64,000 bases of DNA. Source: the human T2T-CHM13v2.0 reference genome, Homo sapiens. Where the stretch lies: the NCBI RefSeq assembly GCF_009914755.1, contig NC_060938.1. One strand, 5' to 3'. Within the stretch, counting starts at the first letter, position 1. Each line of letters starts with the position of its first letter. Both the position numbers and the translations under genes were made by a program. This document shows positions 59,301 through 64,000 of this stretch, in pieces. Under the pieces are notes generated by a model. That model saw only the letters and a program-made list of their open reading frames with translations. It was not told the DNA's origin and searched no databases.

Positions 59301-62300
59301 AGATTCAACAAAAAGTGTTTTTCAGAACTGCTCTATCAAAAGAAAGATCCACCTCTGTTAGCTGAGTTCACACATCACAAACAAGTTTATGAGAATGCTT
59401 CTGTCTAGTTTTTATTTGAAGATATTTCCTTTCTCACCATAGAGCTGAAAGCTGTCCTAATGTTCACTTCCAGATACTACAGAAAGAGTGTTTCAAAACT
59501 GCTGTACGAAAGGGAATGTTCAACTCTGTGACTTGAATGCACACATCACAAAGAAGTTTCTGAGGATGCTGCTGTCTACTTTTTATACGTAATCCCGTTT
59601 CCAACGAAATCCTCCAAGCTATCCAAATATCCACTTGCAGATTCCACAGAAAGGCTGTTTCAAAACTGCTCTGTCAATAGAAAGGTTCAACTCTGTTAGC
59701 TGCGTGCATATATCCCAAAGAAGATTCTGAGATTGCTTCTGTCTAGTTTTTATGGGAAGATATTTCCCTTTTCACCGTAGGTGTCAAGGCGCTCCAAATG
59801 TCCACTTCCAGATACTACAAAAAGAGTGTTTCCAACCTACTCTGTGAAAGGGAATATTCAACTCTGTGACTTGAATGCACATATCACAAAGAAGTTTCTG
59901 AGAATGCTTCTGTCGAGATTTTATATGAAGATATTCCCGTTTCCAACGAAATCCTGAAATGTATCCAAATATCCCCTCGCAGATTCTACAAAAAGAGTGT
60001 TTCAAAACTGCTCTGTAAAAAGAAAGGTTCAACTCTGTTAGTTGAGTACACACATCACAAACAAGTTTCACACAATGCTTCTTTCTAGCTTGTAGGGGAA
60101 GATATTCCCTTTATCACCATGGGCCTCAAACCGTCTGAAACGTCCACTTCCATATACTACAAAAAGAGCATTTCAAACCTGCTCTATGAAAGGCAATGTT
60201 CAACTCTGTGACTTGAATGCAGACATCACAGAGCAGTTTCTGAGAATGCTTCTGTCTAGATTTTATAGGAAGATATTCCCGTTTCCAACGAAATCTTCAC
60301 AGCTATCCAAATATCCACTTGCAGATTCTACAAAAAGAGTGTATCAAAACTGCTCTGTCAAAAGGAAGGTTCTTCTCTGTTAGGTGAGTGCATACGTCAT
60401 AAAGGAGTTTCTGAGAATGTTTCTGTCTAGTGGTTATGGGAAGATATTTGCTTTTTCCCCGTAGGCCTCAGGGCGCTCCAAATGTCCACTTGCACATGCT
60501 ACAAAAAGAGTGCTTCAAAGCTGCTCTCTGAAAGGGAATGTTCAACTCTATGAGTTGAATGCAAACATCACAAAGACGTTTCTGAGAATGCTTCTGTCTA
60601 GATTTGATATGAAGATATTCCCGTTTCCAACGAAATCTTCAAATCTATCCAAATGTCCACTTGCAGATTCAACAAAAAGTGTTTTTCAGAACTGCTCTAT
60701 CAAAAGAAAGATCCACCTCTGTTAGCTGAGTTCAGACATCACAAACAAGTTTATGAGAATGCTTCTGTCTAGTTTTTATTTGAAGATATTTCCTTTCTCA
60801 CCATAGACCTGAAAGCTGTCCTAATGTTCACTTCCAGTTACTACAGAAAGAGTGTTTCAAAACTGCTGTACGAAAGGGAATGTTCAACTCTGTGACTTGA
60901 ATGCACACATCACAAAGAAGTTTCTGAGGATGCTGCTGTCTACTTTTTATACTTAATCCCGTTTCCAACGAAATCCTCCAAGCTATCCAAATATCCACTT
61001 GCAGATTCCACAGAAAGACTGTTTCAAAACTGCTCTGTCAATAGAAAGGTTCAACTCTGTTAGCTGCGTGCATATATCCCAAAGAAGATTCTGAGATTGC
61101 TTCTGTCTAGTTTTTATGGGAAGATATTTCCCTTTTCACCGTAGGCGTCAAGGCGCTCCAAATGTCCACTTCCAGATACTACAAAAAGAGTGTTTCAAAC
61201 CTACTCTGTGAAAGGGAATATTCAACTCTGTGACTTGAATGCACATATCACAAGGAAGTTTCTGAGAATGCTTCTGTCGAGATTTTATATGAAGATATTC
61301 TCGTTTACAACGAAATCCTGAAATCTATCCAAATATCCCCTCGCAGATTCTACAAAAAGAGTGTTTCAAAACTGCTCTGTAAAAAGAAAGGTTCAACTCT
61401 GTTAGTTGAGTACACACATCACAAACAAGTTTCACAGAATGCTTCTTTCTAGCTTGTAGGGGAAGATATTCCCTTTATCACCATGGGCCTCCAACCGTCC
61501 GAAACATCCACTTCCATATACTACAAAAAGAGCGTTTCAAACCTGCTCTATGAAAGGCAATGTTCAACTCTGTGACTTGAATGCAGACATCACAGAGCAG
61601 TTTCTGAGAATGCTTCTGTCTAGATTTTATAGGAAGATATTCCCGTTTCCAACGAAATCTTCACAGCTATCCAAATATCCACTTGCAGATTCTACAAAAA
61701 GAGTGTATCAAAACTGCTCTGTCAAAAGGAAGGTTCTTCTCTGTTAGGTGAGTGCATACGTCATAAAGGAGTTTCTGAGAATGTTTCTGTCTAGTGGTTA
61801 TGGGAAGATATTTGCTTTTTCCCCGTAGGCCTCAGGGCGCTCCAAATGTCCACTTGCACATGCTACAAAAAGAGTGCTTCAAAGCTGCTCTCTGAAAGGG
61901 AATGTTCAACTCTATGAGTTGAATGCAAACATCACAAAGACGTTTCTGAGAATACTTCTGTCTAGATTTGATATGAAGATATTCCCGTTTCCAACGAAAT
62001 CTTCAAATCTATCCAAATGTCCACTTGCAGATTCAACAAAAAGTGTTTTTCAGAACTGCTCTATCAAAAGAAAGATCCACCTCTGTTAGCTGAGTTCACA
62101 CATCACAAACAAGTTTATGAGAATGCTTCTGTCTAGTTTTTATTTGAAGATATTTCCTTTCTCACCATAGAGCTGAAAGCTGTCCTAATGTTCACTTCCA
62201 GATACTACAGAAAGAGTGTTTCAAAACTGCTGTACGAAAGGGAATGTTCAACTCTGTGACTTGAATGCACACATCACAAAGAAGTTTCTGAGGATGCTGC

Positions 62301-63703
62301 TGTCTACTTTTTATACGTAATCCCGTTTCCAACGAAATCCTCCAAGCTATCCAAATATCCACTTGCAGATTCCACAGAAAGGCTGTTTCAAAACTGCTCT
62401 GTCAATAGAAAGGTTCAACTCTGTTAGCTGCGTGCATATATCCCAAAGAAGATTCTGAGATTGCTTCTGTCTAGTTTTTATGGGAAGATATTTCCCTTTT
62501 CACCGTAGGTGTCAAGGCGCTCCAAATGTCCACTTCCAGATACTACAAAAAGAGTGTTTCCAACCTACTCTGTGAAAGGGAATATTCAACTCTGTGACTT
62601 GAATGCACATATCACAAAGAAGTTTCTGAGAATGCTTCTGTCGAGATTTTATATGAAGATATTCCCGTTTCCAACGAAATCCTGAAATGTATCCAAATAT
62701 CCCCTCGCAGATTCTACAAAAAGAGTGTTTCAAAACTGCTCTGTAAAAAGAAAGGTTCAACTCTGTTAGTTGAGTACACACATCACAAACAAGTTTCACA
62801 CAATGCTTCTTTCTAGCTTGTAGGGGAAGATATTCCCTTTATCACCATGGGCCTCAAACCGTCTGAAACGTCCACTTCCATATACTACAAAAAGAGCATT
62901 TCAAACCTGCTCTATGAAAGGCAATGTTCAACTCTGTGACTTGAATGCAGACATCACAGAGCAGTTTCTGAGAATGCTTCTGTCTAGATTTTATAGGAAG
63001 ATATTCCCGTTTCCAACGAAATCTTCACAGCTATCCAAATATCCACTTGCAGATTCTACAAAAAGAGTGTATCAAAACTGCTCTGTCAAAAGGAAGGTTC
63101 TTCTCTGTTAGGTGAGTGCATACGTCATAAAGGAGTTTCTGAGAATGTTTCTGTCTAGTGGTTATGGGAAGATATTTGCTTTTTCCCCGTAGGCCTCAGG
63201 GCGCTCCAAATGTCCACTTGCACATGCTACAAAAAGAGTGCTTCAAAGCTGCTCTCTGAAAGGGAATGTTCAACTCTATGAGTTGAATGCAAACATCACA
63301 AAGACGTTTCTGAGAATGCTTCTGTCTAGATTTGATATGAAGATATTCCCGTTTCCAACGAAATCTTCAAATCTATCCAAATGTCCACTTGCAGATTCAA
63401 CAAAAAGTGTTTTTCAGAACTGCTCTATCAAAAGAAAGATCCACCTCTGTTAGCTGAGTTCAGACATCACAAACAAGTTTATGAGAATGCTTCTGTCTAG
63501 TTTTTATTTGAAGATATTTCCTTTCTCACCATAGACCTGAAAGCTGTCCTAATGTTCACTTCCAGTTACTACAGAAAGAGTGTTTCAAAACTGCTGTACG
63601 AAAGGGAATGTTCAACTCTGTGACTTGAATGCACACATCACAAAGAAGTTTCTGAGGATGCTGCTGTCTACTTTTTATACTTAATCCCGTTTCCAACGAA
63701 ATC
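265..63703 (-). promoter_or_regulatory. CENP-B boxes (17 bp, NTTCGNNNNANNCGGGN) in every second monomer, ~341-bp spacing, about 185-190 sites, about 18 with an essential base changed
   Basis: tcccgtttccaacgaaa occurs in monomers b, d, f, h (e.g. at 9809, 10151, 10489, 10831). The motif and its nine essential bases are established knowledge. Counts are by eye. Confidence 0.95.
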
Positions 63704-64000
63704 CTCCAAGCTATCCAAATATCCACTTGCAGATTCCACAGAAAGACTGTTTCAAAACTGCTCTGTCAATAGAAAGGTTCAACTCTGTTAGCTGCGTGCA
63801 TATATCCCAAAGAAGATTCTGAGATTGCTTCTGTCTAGTTTTTATGGGAAGATATTTCCCTTTTCACCGTAGGCGTCAAGGCGCTCCAAATGTCCACTTC
63901 CAGATACTACAAAAAGAGTGTTTCAAACCTACTCTGTGAAAGGGAATATTCAACTCTGTGACTTGAATGCACATATCACAAGGAAGTTTCTGAGAATGCT
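8350..64000 (-). repeat. Homogeneous core with exact 1364-bp phase and alternating X/Y haplotypes forming a 2728-bp 16-mer superstructure
   Basis: No net indel over 40 units. The X marker gaaatgtatcc opens the minus-strand 95-aa ORF at 10680, 13408, 16136, 27048, 29776, 32504, 35232, 39324, 42052, 44780, 46144, 48872, 51600, 54328, 57056, 59784 and 62512, mostly 2728 bp apart. Confidence 0.9.
9610..10973 (-). repeat. Representative 8-mer HOR unit: a 9610-9780, b 9781-9951, c 9952-10122, d 10123-10293, e 10294-10464, f 10465-10631 (167 bp), g 10632-10802, h 10803-10973
   Basis: Monomers were cut after the ...gagaatg motif; 7x171+167 = 1364. b, d, f, h carry tcccgtttccaacgaaa (CENP-B box, B-type). 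a, c, e, g carry variants of ttccyttttcaccrtag (pJalpha/A-box-like) at the same position. Confidence 0.95.

Larger units (their letters stand above)
1..64000 (-). repeat. Centromeric alpha-satellite HOR array, 8-mer (1364 bp), about 46 HOR copies / 375 monomers, single orientation, continuing past both window ends
   Basis: Seen: ~171-bp periodic motifs (tttctgagaatgcttctgtctag, ttcaactctgtgacttgaatgca, tacaaaaagagtgtttcaaa) throughout. Homologous ORF starts recur every 1364 bp (9718 to 62914 = 39x1364; 8678 to 63238 = 40x1364). Known: these motifs are the reverse complement of the alphoid consensus (CATTCTCAGAAAC...). Confidence 0.99.
1..64000 (-). other. Family assignment: suprachromosomal family 2 (D1/D2 dimeric) 8-mer, most likely D14Z9/D22Z1 (S2C14/22H1L); D20Z2 is the alternative
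   Basis: Seen: strict A/B dimer alternation, minus-strand GGATAGCTTGGAGGATTTCGTTGGAAACGGGA context, XbaI sites (tctaga) in b and d, one TaqI site (tcga) in h per unit, no periodic EcoRI site. Recalled: SF2 arrays are dimeric with XbaI periodicity, and the chr14/22 live HOR is an 8-mer. The chromosome call is from memory, not from a search. Confidence 0.6.

Noticed and set aside
840-63453. About 100 short ORFs (65-113 aa; MKGNVQL..., MLQSCSL..., MKLICDV...) read as a repeated gene family
   Set aside because: They are chance open frames in satellite monomers. They recur at the repeat period, many start at GTG/TTG, they appear or vanish with single SNVs, and they resemble no protein family I recognise. 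They were used only as phase markers.
1-64000. CRISPR-like array (constant tcccgtttccaacgaaa motif with intervening sequence)
   Set aside because: The intervening ~325-bp segments are homologous and periodic rather than unique spacers, there are no cas genes, and the motif is the CENP-B box.
1-64000. Embedded L1/Alu insertion, inversion or non-alphoid island
   Set aside because: I saw no poly-A tail, target-site duplication or strand switch. The exact 1364-bp phase from 8.35 kb onward excludes net insertions, and the left-end length excess is explained by extra alphoid dimers.
1-64000. Assignment to SF1 8-mer arrays (D10Z1, D12Z3)
   Set aside because: There is no periodic EcoRI site, and the box context and XbaI sites look SF2-like. 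This rests on recalled consensus features and needs HMM confirmation.
8350-64000. Claim that this is the kinetochore (CENP-A/CDR) site or a defined ncRNA locus
   Set aside because: This cannot be determined from sequence alone; it needs methylation, CENP-A or transcript data.

Overview
The entire 64-kb window is primate (most likely human) centromeric alpha-satellite DNA. I find no genes, RNA genes, transposons or CRISPR arrays, and every ORF in the track is a translation artefact recurring at the repeat period. It holds about 375 head-to-tail ~171-bp monomers in one orientation (CENP-B box TTCGTTGGAAACGGGA on the - strand), arranged as an 8-monomer, 1364-bp higher-order repeat (HOR; 7x171 + 167 bp) with a CENP-B box in every second monomer. 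It looks like suprachromosomal family 2; from memory the best match is the chr14/22 live array (D14Z9/D22Z1), but this is unverified. Monomers are labelled a-h as defined in the 9610-10973 feature. The window appears to run from an array periphery inward. Positions 1 to ~8.3 kb are divergent, with indels, many broken CENP-B boxes and a 14-mer structural variant with three hybrid monomers. From ~8.35 kb onward about 40 units keep an exact 1364-bp phase. In that core, two 8-mer haplotypes (X and Y) alternate as a 2728-bp 16-mer, with phase slips, local and long-range duplications, apparent conversion tracts and a co-inherited CENP-B-box knockout. I see no evidence of a new gene-based system; the interest is in array architecture and evolution. 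All variant calls were made by eye.
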